From Octopus sinensis (lineage: Eukaryota), in contig NC_042998.1 in NCBI RefSeq assembly GCF_006345805.1, positions 139,314,001-139,378,000 of the forward strand: DNA of 64,000 bases. The letters are read 5' to 3'. Every line of letters starts with the position of its first letter. Position 1 is the first letter of the stretch. Below are positions 1-13,420 of this stretch, in pieces. The notes beneath the pieces are model-generated. The model searched no databases. It was not told where the DNA came from and saw only the letters and a list, made by a program, of their open reading frames with translations. The translations under genes were made by a program, and so were the position numbers.

Positions 1-637
1 AATAGCAAGTTTCTTAATGACACAACACATCTGCACCTATATATAAAGAACTTTCAGCTTTTATATACACACATGAGAAAGACACAGGTGGGTAAAACAT
101 TAGAATACTGGTCAAAAGGCTTATATAATTCTGTCAGTGTAATGTTGTGATGTGATTCTGGCAAAGGAACAAAACTTTCAATTGTAAACTCCTAACTATA
201 AATAGGTTGAACAAAGAGGCCACACATCACCACTATAGGATAGATACAAAGGAATAAGTAATTGAAAACTATTTTTATTGCTTTGCAATGAATGACATTG
301 GTAGCATTAATTTCCAAGGAGCTATTAATAATGAATGCAGCTCTCAGTAATATTATCCAAGACATGCCAAAAGTGACATTTTGACCAGGATTCCTGAAGC
401 TTCAAACTACTCACCTCTCTCTCTTTCTTTCTCTCTCTCTCTCTCTCTCATACACACACAAACACAGACATGCATATATATACACACACATGCAACTTTA
501 CATTCATAACACCATTCTGCAGAACCATTTCTTTCCATCACAAACTCATACGCAAAGAGAGACACTCACATATATACTCATGCACACAAACATGTAGTGT
601 GTGTGTGTGTGTGTGCACGCATGCACATAATAGCTTT

Positions 638-840
638 AAATTTTGGTACAGGGCCAGCAATTTCTGAAAGGAAGGGTGAGTCAATTACATTGACCCTAGA
701 ACTTGACTGGTACTTACTTTATCGATCCTGAAAGGATGAAGGATAAAGTCAGCCTCAGCAAAATTTGAACTCAGAATAGAAAGACATGAAATGCCACTAA
801 GCATTTTGCAGGCATGCTAACAGTTTTGCCAGATCACCAC
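638..840 (-). mobile_element. tRNA-derived SINE family S1 (central domain resembling the MetaSINE domain)
   Basis: Reverse complement has a tRNA-like head and the GTCAACTTTGCC-TTTCATCCTTTC-GG-TCGATAAA-TAAGTACCAGT core shared with many copies in this window. Confidence 0.75.
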
Positions 841-1318
841 ATTTTGCGTGTTTTCATGCAAGAGAGATTTCTCGTAATCATATAATCCACATTGGAATCT
901 ATCTAATTAAATGTTATTCTTAGAATAAATAAACTAAGGAACAATGTACTAAATGACATATGCAAAATTTTTCAACTTATTTCTCTTTCAGTTGGAGAAA
1001 ATAAACAAAAACCTAGCAGTATTTGCTAGGAACTCAAGAGAAATGGAGGTAATTTAATTCTGCAATTTTTTTTTTATCTCTTCACAGACATGCTGTCCCC
1101 TTCCTCTATCTTTTCTATCTCTACTAAAATGGAACTTATTCCCTGAAACTGGTTGGTCTCATGCACCTACCACTTTCATTTCCACCTCTCCTCACTCTCA
1201 GTACATTCAACCCCTTTGGTTCTGTACTAACTTTTATGCCTGGTCCTTTCTCTCCAAAGCATTATTCTTCTGTAATATTTTTTTCTACAGAATTGAGTAT
1301 TAACAGCATCAAACTCAC

Positions 1319-1360
1319 CAAATTCCAAGAGCCCCAAAAAGTAACAGATAATGCCCCTTC
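1319..1360 (-). other. candidate 42-bp spliced exon
   Basis: gagtttgtag|GAAGGGG...GGAATTTG|gtgagt; all three frames open; no recognisable homology. Confidence 0.2.
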
Positions 1361-2455
1361 CTACAAACTCAACAACGCACACACAAATGTACGTGAAAAG
1401 AAACTTTAAAATATATAACGACATAATTACTACTAAATATTATTCGACAGATATTAACTGTTTCAAATATACATATATAAATTAGATTGCAACAATAACC
1501 AACAGTTATAAAATCCACAAATAAACTAACCACTAATGAATTGTTATTGACTGTCAAATGAATTATTAATTGACTGTCAAAGATAAACAGTAATAAACTT
1601 ATTTCCAAACTGCATCAAATCAAAAAAGCATTATCAATAACTGAAAATGTAATTGAAACTATCCAAGGTAATTATAATTTAGTTTCTTTTATTTTCTGTC
1701 TGTACGGGTGAGTATAAAGACACACACACATACATTCAGTTTTGTCAGTGTCTTTACTGTTAGCTGGATTTCAAATGCAATGTAGAATTTAAATATATTT
1801 TCAGGCAAGTAGAATAAATACACAAATGTCCTATCTTGTGAGGAAGAAGTATCTTATAGCACATTTAGATATCTTAGTGTAAGCAGACTGATGATTTTAT
1901 AATGGACATCATCTTTGTCACCCAAAAGCAATTTGCTTTCTAACCACATACTTTTGGGTTCAGTCTCACCACATGGCACCTTGGACATGTGTCTTCTACT
2001 ATAGCCCTGGGCCCTAAGCCTGTCTTCTTTGTATATAAGTTATAAAAATGAAGTCAAACTAAATGGTAATATTTTGAAATCACTTAATACATGCATTTCA
2101 GGTCTACATAATATATAACAAGAAATGATTTCATTGTGTAAGACCTTCCTCAGTTTATACATCATGACAATTTTTGATTGTTGTAAATAAGTGTTACCAT
2201 CATGAACATGGTGCTATTCATTTCCAATTTTCCATGAAAACATGTTTAACCACAAGGAAATAATACCTTGCTTAGAAGCAGGATGGGCATCTAGCTGTTG
2301 TAAATCTGCCTTAACAAATTCCATCTTATCCACAGAAAATAGGATGAAGATAGACTTCCAAGAAAGAACCAAGATTTAAAAGATTTTTAAAAACTAAAAT
2401 ATGCTACACAGCTATTATTTCAGAAAGTACTTGAAAGAAATTTGAAGTGTTTTTA

Positions 2456-2458
<3 letters not shown>

Positions 2459-2506
<48 letters not shown>

Positions 2507-2545
2507 ATATATATATATTATATATTATATACACATATATATTAT
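2459..2545. repeat. (TA)n microsatellite
   Basis: direct observation. Confidence 0.95.
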
Positions 2546-3006
2546 ATATTATATACACATAGTCAAACAAAATATCCATCTCCAACTGTAACTTAACTGT
2601 TTGTTCTACTTGTCAGCCAAATACACCCACAGCAACATTGAACAATATCTCCTTCCATTCCTATTGAAATCTACATAACTATTAGCAACACCCCCTACTG
2701 CTAAGGCCAACTGCATGGTTACCAACACTGCACCCATTCCAATCTCAATATAAATATCTTTGATCCACCTTTTTGTTACTATCTCATGATCCACTAAGTT
2801 CTCCACCTAAGTTATCAAAACCTTCATTCACTTTCCTGTGCCAAATCTACAGACACCCTACAATTAAAATAACCTCTTAAACAAGTTAATTTGATCTCAT
2901 TCTCTGTGGGCAACAACTTAAATCTCTAGGAGCATACATATAATAATGATGGGCTCTCCCATCAAGGATGATGTATGAGTGTTCAGCTTTTTGCCAAATG
3001 ACCTGC

Positions 3007-3038
<32 letters not shown>

Positions 3039-3074
3039 TAGAGTAACAAATGGATATCTTCTTACAATACACAT

Positions 3075-3300
3075 CATCATTAAACTTCTTTTTCCATGTT
3101 GGCATGGGTTAGACATTTTGACAGGAACTGAAGAGCCAGAGGAATGTGCTGAGCTTCAATGTCTGCTTTGGCATGTTTCTTCCAATCACCAACCATTTTA
3201 CAAGGAGTATGTGCTAGGTGCTTTTATTGTGGCACCAGCACTAGTGAGGTCACCAAGTACTCACAAAGAAAGACCCCTCAAGCAAAATGATTGGACATAG
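3075..3300 (-). mobile_element. RTE-LINE 3' tail fragment
   Basis: catcatcatt...ttccatgttggcatgggtt... is the reverse complement of the (GAT)n-ended tail found throughout the window. Confidence 0.7.
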
Positions 3301-3920
3301 TTACAACATCTCTATTATTCTCACCTCCATATCTCAGATGATAACACTCATCTTTAAAATTTAACGTGTGACCTGTCCTTCCCACCTCTCTCTCTGGTTC
3401 TGAAAGATCAGTAAAAGAAAGCAAATTTTCATTTACAGTTTCATCTACATAAACTTTAGTTATATAATTCATGTTGACTGGGACATTCACTTCCCTGTGA
3501 CAGCTTATTCAACCAATCTAAATTTGAATCTGCTCACATACTGAGTCCCCCTCATCAGTAAATGTTCCATTGTTATTCTTAATCTTGCTTTCAAATATGA
3601 ATCTCAAATTAGCAATAAACTTAGTTATTCCCAGAAACAACAGTCTAGCATCCGTTGAGAGATATGAATTCCCTTACTGATATTTTAGCATAAATAATGA
3701 TACAACTTATCAATGCCACCATCAGAAAATACATGCCTGCTGGCAAAAAGATTGATAACAGAGCACTTTACCTAATCAATTTCAGAAGTTTATTTCATGA
3801 TTATAATAGTCTAGTATTATTACCTTAGCAGCTCTCACATGTAACCAACAAACAAATGATTATAAAAAAATTTTTTTTTAATTTCAAAACTACAACATTA
3901 TTATTAACAGTTCTCTCATT

Positions 3921-4385
3921 AAGGCAGTGAGCTGGCAGAATTGTAAGCACATCAGACAAAATGCTTAGTGGCATTTCTTTTGATTCCTTACATTCTGAGT
4001 TTGAATCCTGCCAAGGTCAACTTTGCTTTACATCTTTCAAAGGTCAATGAAATATAGAACCAGTCAAGTAGTGAGGTCAATATAACTGGCTCGATCCCTT
4101 CCATTAAAATGGCTAGCCTTCTGTTCAAAATTTGAAACTATTGTTATTATTTATAGTTCTGTCATTAACATGTTAAGTTGGAAGAACTGTTAGCATATCA
4201 AACAAAATGCTTAATAGCACTTCTAGCTTTTTATGTTGAGTTCAAATCCCACTAAGGTTAACTTTTTATGCTTTTGGGTCAGGACAATAAAATACCAGTC
4301 AAGTACTGGAGTTGATATAATTGACTCATCCCTTCCTCTGAAAATTACTGGCCTTGTGCCAAAATTTGAAAGAATTACAAACATT
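3921..4385 (+). mobile_element. two tandem S1 SINE copies (about 3921-4139 and 4168-4385)
   Basis: AAGGCAGTGAGCTGGCAGAA head, B-box-like GAGTTCAAATCC, shared core, AAATTTGAAA tail. Confidence 0.75.
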
Positions 4386-5925
4386 TCTCATTCAAAAAAA
4401 AAAAAACCTGCACTCTGACTCATTCAGTCACTTCATATCCATGAATAAAATTATTATCTTTCTAACACTAATAGATGGCATAACAAATATAACAATGATA
4501 CATATTAAAGCACACAAGACTTTAATGGTTATTTTTTCCTTTAAAAAGGTCCATTGCAAAAATGTTTAAGTGACATTTCTTTTATCGATCAGAAAGCTGA
4601 AGCAAAAAAAATGTTAGAAAGAAGAAAATCCTTTTGGCTTATATTAAACATATACTGTATGCTTAACAATACAGAGTAGCAGAGAGCTGATGGAAATAGG
4701 AAAAGCAAATTATATATCAATAAAGTATAAATGCACAGCCAGAAAGATTCTCAATAAAATAGTATATAAGATTGCAGCTTAAGTCAAACAGAAAATATTA
4801 GCAATGCTAAATGTTAGTAAAACTAAAAATCCATGCAGACTGGAAAATTGTGTCTAGAAAATCCATTATTGACCTTAGTAACAGCAGCATTCAACTGAAA
4901 GGTTTAAGATCACCAATAGCAAGCAAACAACAGTAGAAAGATATTCAGAAAAAAGCACACATCTCTATAGCATGGGTAACATTCCCCACTAACCTTATAC
5001 GGCAGTTATGTAATACACAAGGAATCCTGTAAGAAATTAAAACAAAGTGTTAATTCTTCCACAATATTTTACACAAGAAATGACATGGTTGCAGGAATCA
5101 GTCCGTCCCAAAAGTAAATAGCATATATAATAATAACCTCAGAACTTCTTCCAGTTGTCTCAGAAGAATCAGGGAGGGCACATATATGTACCAGATATTG
5201 TCAAACAATTTAATTCCTCATTCAAATAAACAATGCATTCAAGAAATAAATTACATTTTAGAATGCAACACAATAAAATTTTGCTGAAAAGAAAGAATTT
5301 CATATATATGTATTGGATTATTTGATTGTGCATGAAAAAAATGATTGTGGTGGGGGGTAATTTTTCCAAAAGATTTTTAGAAATTGTAGTTCAATTTTTC
5401 AAAAAGAAATTAAATCAATAAATTTATATAAAATTAATTTTCTGGCTGTTAGTGTTGTAGCTTGTGATGAAGACTTGTTGATATTTTGCTAAAAAACACT
5501 TCAATTCTTTTATAAACATGTTAAAAAAAAATAATAAATAAATCTAATCATAAAAACCCACTAAAATTCTCAGGAAGTGTATATAATTAAAAATTACTAT
5601 AAAAGCATTCATTTTATGACACCATGTGTGTGGGTGTGTGTATGAATACATATATTAGATATATACACATTTTTTCCTTTCAATGATAATTCAATTAAAG
5701 GTTGTAATAATTATTTTAAATGGCAGGGGAGAGTGGAATAAGTAACAGTTGCTGTACAAGCTAAGTAGCACTTCTACCTTTTGAAGCAAGCAATTAAAAA
5801 AAAATAAACGAAAAAAATCACATTTCATACTTATAGTACACACAGCTGCTTCAGGTTTCCTTGGAAGCATTAAACAAGATAGCAAACACTAAGTCCCATA
5901 TGTAATAAATTAATAATAAACTTAC

Positions 5926-6007
5926 CAACTTTTTGTCAGCCACACTAACTTCCAAAGTATTAGACCTAACCCGTTTAGCTCACAAACTAAATTACTAAAA
6001 AACAAAT
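5926..6007 (-). other. candidate 82-bp spliced exon
   Basis: gttttctttctag|ATTTG...AAGTTG|gtaagt; one frame open (LFFSNLVCELNGLGLILWKLVWLTKS); no recognisable homology. Confidence 0.25.
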
Positions 6008-7990
6008 CTAGAAAGAAAACTATTTATTATTATTATTATAGTTGTTGTTATTATTAATACTTCCTCTATCACAGGTACAGCGCTGACAACTACCAGTAGG
6101 TGTGTCATGGACAATTTCACAACCCCAAAAACCATTTGAAATAGACGCTTAATGGTATCTGAGTAATATTTAGATAAATTTACATTAAGAGTCATCACCT
6201 TGAAACCAACCAGATATGATGTTATATTGAAGATGCCATGGAGGAAACAGTTATTTTAGTATTGTCATAATTCATATCAATTAACAGTCTAAAAATGCGA
6301 ACTGCATACATTTACATAGCTTATATGTGTATAAATATAAAAAAACAATCCTTTTTATATTTTTTGTTGTCATTCCATGCTAGTTAGACAAGACTAGACC
6401 TGTTTTGTTAAGAAACTAATAAATATGGAGACAATTCCCCTGCTTAATATCTACCAAGGATTCCAATAGGTTTGAGATGGTTTGTGATGATTTACATCTA
6501 TTCTTATCTACCATCACTTCTAATTTAAACTTGAACCTTTCTTATTTTGAAAGAAATTTCATTTTCTTCTAACTACAATAGAAATCATGATAATATCAGA
6601 TAATCATACTATAATGAACTAATTAAGTTTGTTATTTCTCTAGCTCTTTAATATAACGATAAAAAAACTTTACCAGTTAACACTACTGCTTCAAACAGTA
6701 ACTTTATGCTATTTAACGCATGTCTAGAAGTATTAAAACATGTCTAGAAGAGACAAGACAGAATGAGATTAATGTCTCTGTATGTGTGTGTAACCCATGC
6801 TAGCATGGAAAACGGATGTTAAATGATGATGATGATGATGTGATATATATATATATATATTTACAAATACCTCAGTGCTTTCTGATTTTTCAGTTTTGGC
6901 AAGGATATGATCAATATAGTCACCTTAGAAAATACTGGTCAACAAGACTTCACCTTTAACTAGGAATACGTCTACCTGATAACATATTCCAGTTGAAAAG
7001 AAAGTGACAGTAGATAAATATAATACAATGTGCTACAGGAAGATAGATTCTTAACGTCATTTTGTCCTTGAAAACAGAAATGCCAATAGGAATTTCTAAG
7101 CTTTTAAATTTAGAAGTAGTTTAGATATCTAAAAGAAAATACTTATTTGTTTACTCAGAATATATAAGTGTAAACATGGTCAGGACCAGTCTCACAGCAT
7201 GGCAGCAAGAGCAAGTGTCATCTCAATTAAACCCCAAGTCAAACAGAAGTCTAGGCAGACTGAAAGAGGTCTTTCATATACACATCACTATCATCATCAA
7301 TTTAATATCCACTTCTCCATGCTTGTATGGGCTGGATGAAAATTATTGAAGTAGATTTTCTATAGCTGGATGTCCTTCATGTTGCCAATCCTCACTTATT
7401 TCCAAACAAGGTAATATTTCCCTCTTGAACTGAGGTGTATGCATGCATGTTTACATTTGTGCTTCTCAGAACATCACTCAGCTTACCAGCAGTGATGTTG
7501 CAGTCATATCACCTGTCTGATGGCTTTGCACATCCAAAGACAGAGAATAAGATACCCACTTACTTGACAAAACAGGTAAGGATTAGCAACAGGAAGGGTG
7601 TTCAGTTGTAAAACAATGCCTCAACATGGAAAAACACATACAAAAATGAACCAATGCCAGATTTATTTTTCTGTTTTTAATGTAAGAAGTCAAATAAAAA
7701 AAAATCATTTTAAGATTGTATACAATAAGTGGAGCATGATATATTTACAATCAAAAGAAGATTATTCTTTTCTCTACAAAAGTTAACAGATTACAGTCTA
7801 AATCTGGAGGAGAAACAAGTCCACTTGTAGACTAATGAATTTTGGCTAAAAATATGATTGAAATAGCAATTACTTTTTATGATACATGTATATACAACAG
7901 TATTTTCTACAAATATTGACTGAACAAACAAACACGTCAATGTATTTTAATGAGAGCTGTTGAAGAATAGATCTATGGCTTCTGCATGAA

Positions 7991-7993
<3 letters not shown>

Positions 7994-8052
<59 letters not shown>
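7994..8052. repeat. (TA)n microsatellite
   Basis: direct observation. Confidence 0.95.
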
Positions 8053-8056
<4 letters not shown>

Positions 8057-8431
8057 TTATATTTTAAAACAATAGACATAAACAAGAAACAATCTTGCAA
8101 CAACTCTAACAAAAAAACAAAAACAACTTAATCTATATTCATTCAAAGTATATAGTACCTTATTAAATATAGAATAATATGTAATAATGTAGTAGAATCA
8201 TCAAGCTATTAAATATTCTGTTGTAATTATTACACATCCCATAAAATGAATGTATCAATTTTATGTACTCAGTTTTTCTCTTTCTTCCTGTCTCATGGAA
8301 AATTCTGTTAATAGATTCAGCTAGTGTAAACAGTGATTTTTCTTCCATATAAATCTCAAACATAATTGATTGAGATAACAACACCTCATTATAAATTCAT
8401 TGCTACAAAAGAAAACATTCAGCAATTTATC

Positions 8432-8795
8432 TTTTATATCTTGTTTTAGTCATTGGACTGAGGTCATACTGGGGCACCGTCTTGAGTTTTTACTCAAACA
8501 AATCAAGTCCTGTACTTACTGTTTTTAAGTCTGGCACTAATTCAGTCAGTCTCTTTTGCTAAACTATTAAGTTACAGGAATATAAACAAACCAACACCAG
8601 TTGTCAACCAGTGGTGTTGCAGGCAAACACAAACACACAGGCACACACATACACACAAAACACACATGACAGGCTTCTTTCAGTTTTCATATACCAAATC
8701 AACTCACAAAGCTTGCCCAAGATGCCATGTAGTAGGACTGTACCTAGAACCATGTGGTTGAGAAGTAAACTTCTTACCATGCAGCCACCCCTGTG
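8432..8795 (-). mobile_element. tRNA-derived SINE family S2 (CORE-like domain, internal (TG)n)
   Basis: Reverse complement matches the GGCTGTGTGGTAAGAAGTTT...CAAGTGTCTTCTACTA...AATAAGTACT...GACTGAAACAAGTAAAAGA family. Confidence 0.75.
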
Positions 8796-8914
8796 CCAAT
8801 ATCACAAAAAAAAAAAGAAATGAAAAATAAACATGCAAGTAACTATTTAACTATTTGATACACTTGTACCAATACTTTTCATTATAATATATATATATAT
8901 GCATATGAAGTGAG

Positions 8915-9374
8915 TTCATGGCTCGCAGGACGGCCTGCTGTGCTAACCTTGGATCGAAGAGTGACCCAATGTTCTTGAGGAGACCTATTGAGTCAAGTAC
9001 GTCAACACCAACATCAAAATAAAAATCAAATGGAAATTGTAGTTAAGATACACATACCGGTGACACATAAAAAGCACCGTCTGAACGTGGCTAATGCCAG
9101 TGCCACCTGACTGGCATCTGTGCCAGTGACATGTAAAAGCACCAACCGATCGTGGCCGTTTGCCAGCCTCCTCTGGCCTCTGTGCCAGTGGCATGTAAAA
9201 AGCACTCATTACACTCACGGAGTGGTTGGTGTTAGGAAGGGCATCCAGCTGTAGAAATACTGCCAGATCAGACTTGAGCCTGGTGCAGCCTCCTGGCTTC
9301 CCAGACCCCGGTCGAACCATCCAACCCATGCTAGCATGGAAAACAGATGTTAAATGATGATGATGATGATGATA
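8915..9374 (+). mobile_element. RTE-LINE 3' UTR/tail with internal tandem units and (GAT)n end
   Basis: GGAGTGGTTGGTGTTAGGAAGGGCATCCAGC...CCATGCTAGCATGGAAAACAGATGTTAAATGATGATG; three GTG(A/G)CA(C/T)(A/G)TAAAA-AGCAC units. Confidence 0.8.
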
Positions 9375-9386
9375 ATAATAATATAT

Positions 9387-9810
9387 ATAGTGAAATTGAA
9401 TAAACAAACATTAGAAATAACAATAACAAACAAAAGGACATGCACATGGAATGTACTGGTTTGATGCTCAGTAAAAAGAGAGTTTTTGACATTTCGAGCA
9501 TAGCTCTTCATTGGAAAGGAAACCAGAAAAGTCTAAAGAGGGGAGGCAGAATCACCAACAGCAATGTCAAAAACTCTCTCTTTTTACTGAGCATCAAACT
9601 AATACATTCCATGTGCACGTCTTCTTCTTGTTTGTTATTGTTATTTTTAATGTTCGTTTATTCTCTTTGACTATTTACTGCATGCTTACATGGGCCCTCT
9701 ATGTACTTCTGACTGATTTAGAGTACCTGATTTATAGATTGCCTTTACTCTACCCTTGCATTACATTGCCTTTAAATTCCCTCTGAGTAAGTCATTTCTG
9801 CATCGTTGAT
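9387..9810. mobile_element. foldback of probable Penelope-like terminal repeats with a degenerate hammerhead core
   Basis: About 110-bp inverted repeat (9387-9493 / 9563-9674); minus strand 9514-9488 reads CCAATGA-AGAGC-TAT-GCTC-GAAA-TGTC. Confidence 0.6.
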
Positions 9811-9863
<53 letters not shown>

Positions 9864-9982
9864 ACATACACACATGTATAAAATGTCTGTTACTTACTCT
9901 CTGGGTCTCCTCTTGAACTGCAAGTTACAAGGATGTAAACGAACTAACACCAGTTGTCAAGCAAAGGAGCGGTGAAGGTAAA

Positions 9983-10017
<35 letters not shown>

Positions 10018-10019
10018 CA

Positions 10020-10290
10020 TCATCATCACTATATGATGTCTGTATCGATACTGAGAGGGGTTGGATGGTTTGACAGCAGCTGTGCTACACTCCAATGTCT
10101 GCAAGGTTTCTATAGCTGGATGCCCTTCCTTTCAGCAACCACTTTTACAGAGAGCACAGCATTATTTTATGTGGCACCAGTCCCAAAGGGGTCACCAAAT
10201 AACTCACAGGGCAACACCCCTCCACTGAGGTAGGGGACTAATATTGAGGGAGGTGGCTATATGCCAGGTAAGGAGAGGTTAAGGTATGAT
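10020..10290 (-). mobile_element. RTE-LINE 3' tail fragment
   Basis: (CAT)n start, TTTCTATAGCTGGATGCCCTTCCT core. Confidence 0.7.
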
Positions 10291-11552
10291 AGAGGGACGG
10301 TTGGTAATTAGCACTTATTCCTGCATAACAATAAAGGCTAGCTTGAAGACTACGTGTGTGTGTGTGTAAGAACAAAATGTGAAAAATTCACATGTGAAAA
10401 TTTATAGAAGTTACTTTTAACCATTTTTTTTTCTTTTCATTTATTTTGAAGTTGAAAAGTAGCACACAAGAGAATAGTACATATAACCAAAAGACAGCTT
10501 GAAAGGGTGGTATGCACAAAATATATATATTGTGTGTGTGTGTGTACACACTATAGATATAAATACTTAAATTTCATATTAACCCAAGTATATATATATA
10601 TATATATATATAAATGCCTCTAGAGAACAGTAAAAGTATCAATTCTCAAGCACATTATTCAGGAACATCTTAGAACTGCAAGTGTTGGATTAAATTTTTA
10701 GACTAATCTAGACAGATTGCGGTTAGTAACTATAAGCTTATGTTTAGAAATTATAAGTGATTAAACTATTATTTTAATAGCAAAACAAATTGCCATAATC
10801 CAACAGAATGACTACTTCAAATGCTATGAGGAGAATATATGAGCTGGCTGTTAATAGCAAGTTTTTTAAAAAAATTACTGAACTATCTTATTTCTATCAT
10901 TGGATGGCAGCCATGCTGAGGTACCACCTTGAAGGGTTTTAGTTGAACAAATCAACCCCAGAACTGAACCCAAAACCATCTAGTTGGAAAGCAAGCTGCT
11001 TAATCACACAGCCATACCTGTAATAAAATGTATAAATAAAAATCAATTTACTTTGATAGTTAGCAGATTGAAGATAATATGTAATTCTTTCCTCGACAAA
11101 ATTTAGCTCATGCTATTTCAAGATATAATGCTATTTCAGGCTGAATTACAAGAATCTATAACCTTGAAACTTTGAATTTAAGATTGACAATAGACTGAAC
11201 TTATTCCAAAATTGATCAACCAAACTAGATCATACTTTGCAGAAATCTGAAACAAGATTATTTTTGGATAGCTGATAGAGGAAGTTTTTTTTTCTAAAAA
11301 CGAGTTGGTACTTAAGTCAATATATTACAAGAACAGCAAAGGACAACAATAGTGTTTGCCTCATCTAACTATCAATTCAGCTATTAAATGAATCTACACA
11401 ATAGTATGCCTCAAACTTTTCTTATTTTACATCATCACATCCAATTATTATAACTCATCCTCTAAGTTAATATTGACTTTATTTTGTATTGTTCTCACAG
11501 CAAATTACTTCACTCAACAAGCAACATCTAGCTTTGAGAGATTTATGATATG

Positions 11553-11939
11553 TAAGGTGCAAACATGGCTGTGTGGTTAAGTAGCTTACTTTGCAACTAT
11601 GTGGTTTCAGGTTCAGTCCCACAGAAAGTCACCTTGGGAAAGTGTCTTCTGCTGTAACCTCAGACTGATCAATGCCTTCTGAGTGAATTTGGTAGATAGA
11701 CTGTGTGGCAGTCCTGTGTGTATGTGTGTGTGTGTGCGCACGTATGTGCATGCACACGTACACGCACACGCACATGATAGACGTCTTCCAGTTTCCATGT
11801 ACTAAATTCACTCGCAAGGTTTGATTGGCCTGGGGCTATAGTAAGAGGCATTTACCTACGGTGCTAGACAGTTGGACTGAACCCAAAACCACATAGTTGT
11901 GAAGCTAACTTCTGAACCACACAGCCATGTCTGCACTTA
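11553..11939. mobile_element. two S2 SINE 5' halves in inverted orientation joined by (TG)n/(CA)n
   Basis: Left starts taaggtgcaaacatggctgtgtggtt; reverse complement of the right end reads taagtgcagacatggctgtgtggtt. Confidence 0.8.
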
Positions 11940-12394
11940 TGAATTTATATAATTGTCTGTAGTCTGTTCATTCATTTTACCTCCATTTTTGCAGGCTAGC
12001 ATGGGTTAAACAGGTCATTCTCATTTACTTGGTTGATAATTTAATATGCTACTCTATAGGATACTTGTCTCAAAAGTTCCAATTTTAAAACAGCAAGTTG
12101 CCTAAATCTTAAAAACATAAAAGTGTATCACACAGTTCTGAAAAATGGAATACTCCATTTCTTGTATAGCCCAACTGAATGAAATGAAAAAGAAAATTAT
12201 ATTTCATATAAAATACTAAATGAATCCCTGGAAATTTTTAACAGCTTCTCCCTCTCCCTCTAGCAATGACATCTACATGATTACAAAGATTCATATTGGT
12301 ATACTAATCAGCAAAAACAATATATAATATTTCATCCCTATTAATTTGCTAATAGAACAGACTTTACTAGAATTTCCCTAATCTATGATTATCT

Positions 12395-12730
12395 CTGGAG
12401 TATTGTTTCTCTCAGGGTGTGTGTAGCTTGCGGATCAGCCACCACTATTCTGCAATGAGTGGTCACAACTCCAGTACTACAGGCATGTGATTAGAATGTC
12501 ACAGGAAAGGGGCTCAAGATGGATTCTTCAAGGTGAACCAACCAGCAGGAGATCAAAGGGTTGACCATGAATGAATGAGAATGGTTGGATAACATCCATA
12601 GTCTCAGCTAGTCATGCTTAGAATCCAGATGGAAAGTGTAACAACAGTTGCTTTTGAAAGCACCCAATGGAGGAAGTACCTGAGGATTCTACTCCAAAAA
12701 CTCTCTCAGGAACAGTGGGCAGAAAAGATG
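12395..12730 (+). mobile_element. RTE/RTEX-like LINE ORF C-terminus fragment
   Basis: Degraded translation SQLQYYRHVIRMSQERGSRWILQGEPTSRRSKG...WLDNIHSLS resembles the LRWxGHVxRM...GRRxxGRP...WxD motif of RTE-clade LINEs. Confidence 0.7.
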
Positions 12731-13009
12731 TAAAGGCAATCATCAAAAGATTTTTAGAAACATTGTGCTGAATAGTCTCACTTTTGCTACCAAGTTAAAT
12801 AAACCCTTAAGTCACTAAGTAGAATGATATTTTTATACTTCCTGTTATCTTACTAAAATAAACTCGGAGATAAGAAGTGACATCTGTGAAATTAAACCTC
12901 ATGCTAATGACAAAATTAGAAACTGCAAACTAAGTCTTACTGTCTATATCTGCAACAAGTGTACTTCATACAGCACTGGAATAGGAAAAACAAAAACATT
13001 CTCATCATC

Positions 13010-13420
13010 ATTTTAAAATGTATTTTACCAGACTTGCGTGGGGTGGATGGAATTTGTTGAGACTAATTTTCTATGGCTGGATGCTCTACTTGTCACCAAC
13101 CCTCACTTGTTTCCAAGTAAAGTAATGTTTCACAATGGACAAGTAATAAACAACACTTATATGACTGTGATTTACAATAATCAAATGATGTCAATACAAG
13201 GGTGGGCACGCATATCATTATCATCATCTTTTAATGTCCATTTTCCATGCTGGTATGGGATGGTTTGTTCAGAGCTGGCAAGTAGGAGAGTTGCACAGGT
13301 TCGAGTTTGATTTGGATTGGTTTCTATGGCTGGATGCCCTTCATAATGCTAACCACTTTACAGAATGTGCTGGGTGCTTTTTACATAGCATCAGCACAGG
13401 TGTCTTTATGTGGCACTGGA
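13010..13420 (-). mobile_element. two tandem RTE 3' tail fragments
   Basis: Two (CAT)n-anchored copies of TTTCTATGGCTGGATGC. Confidence 0.7.
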
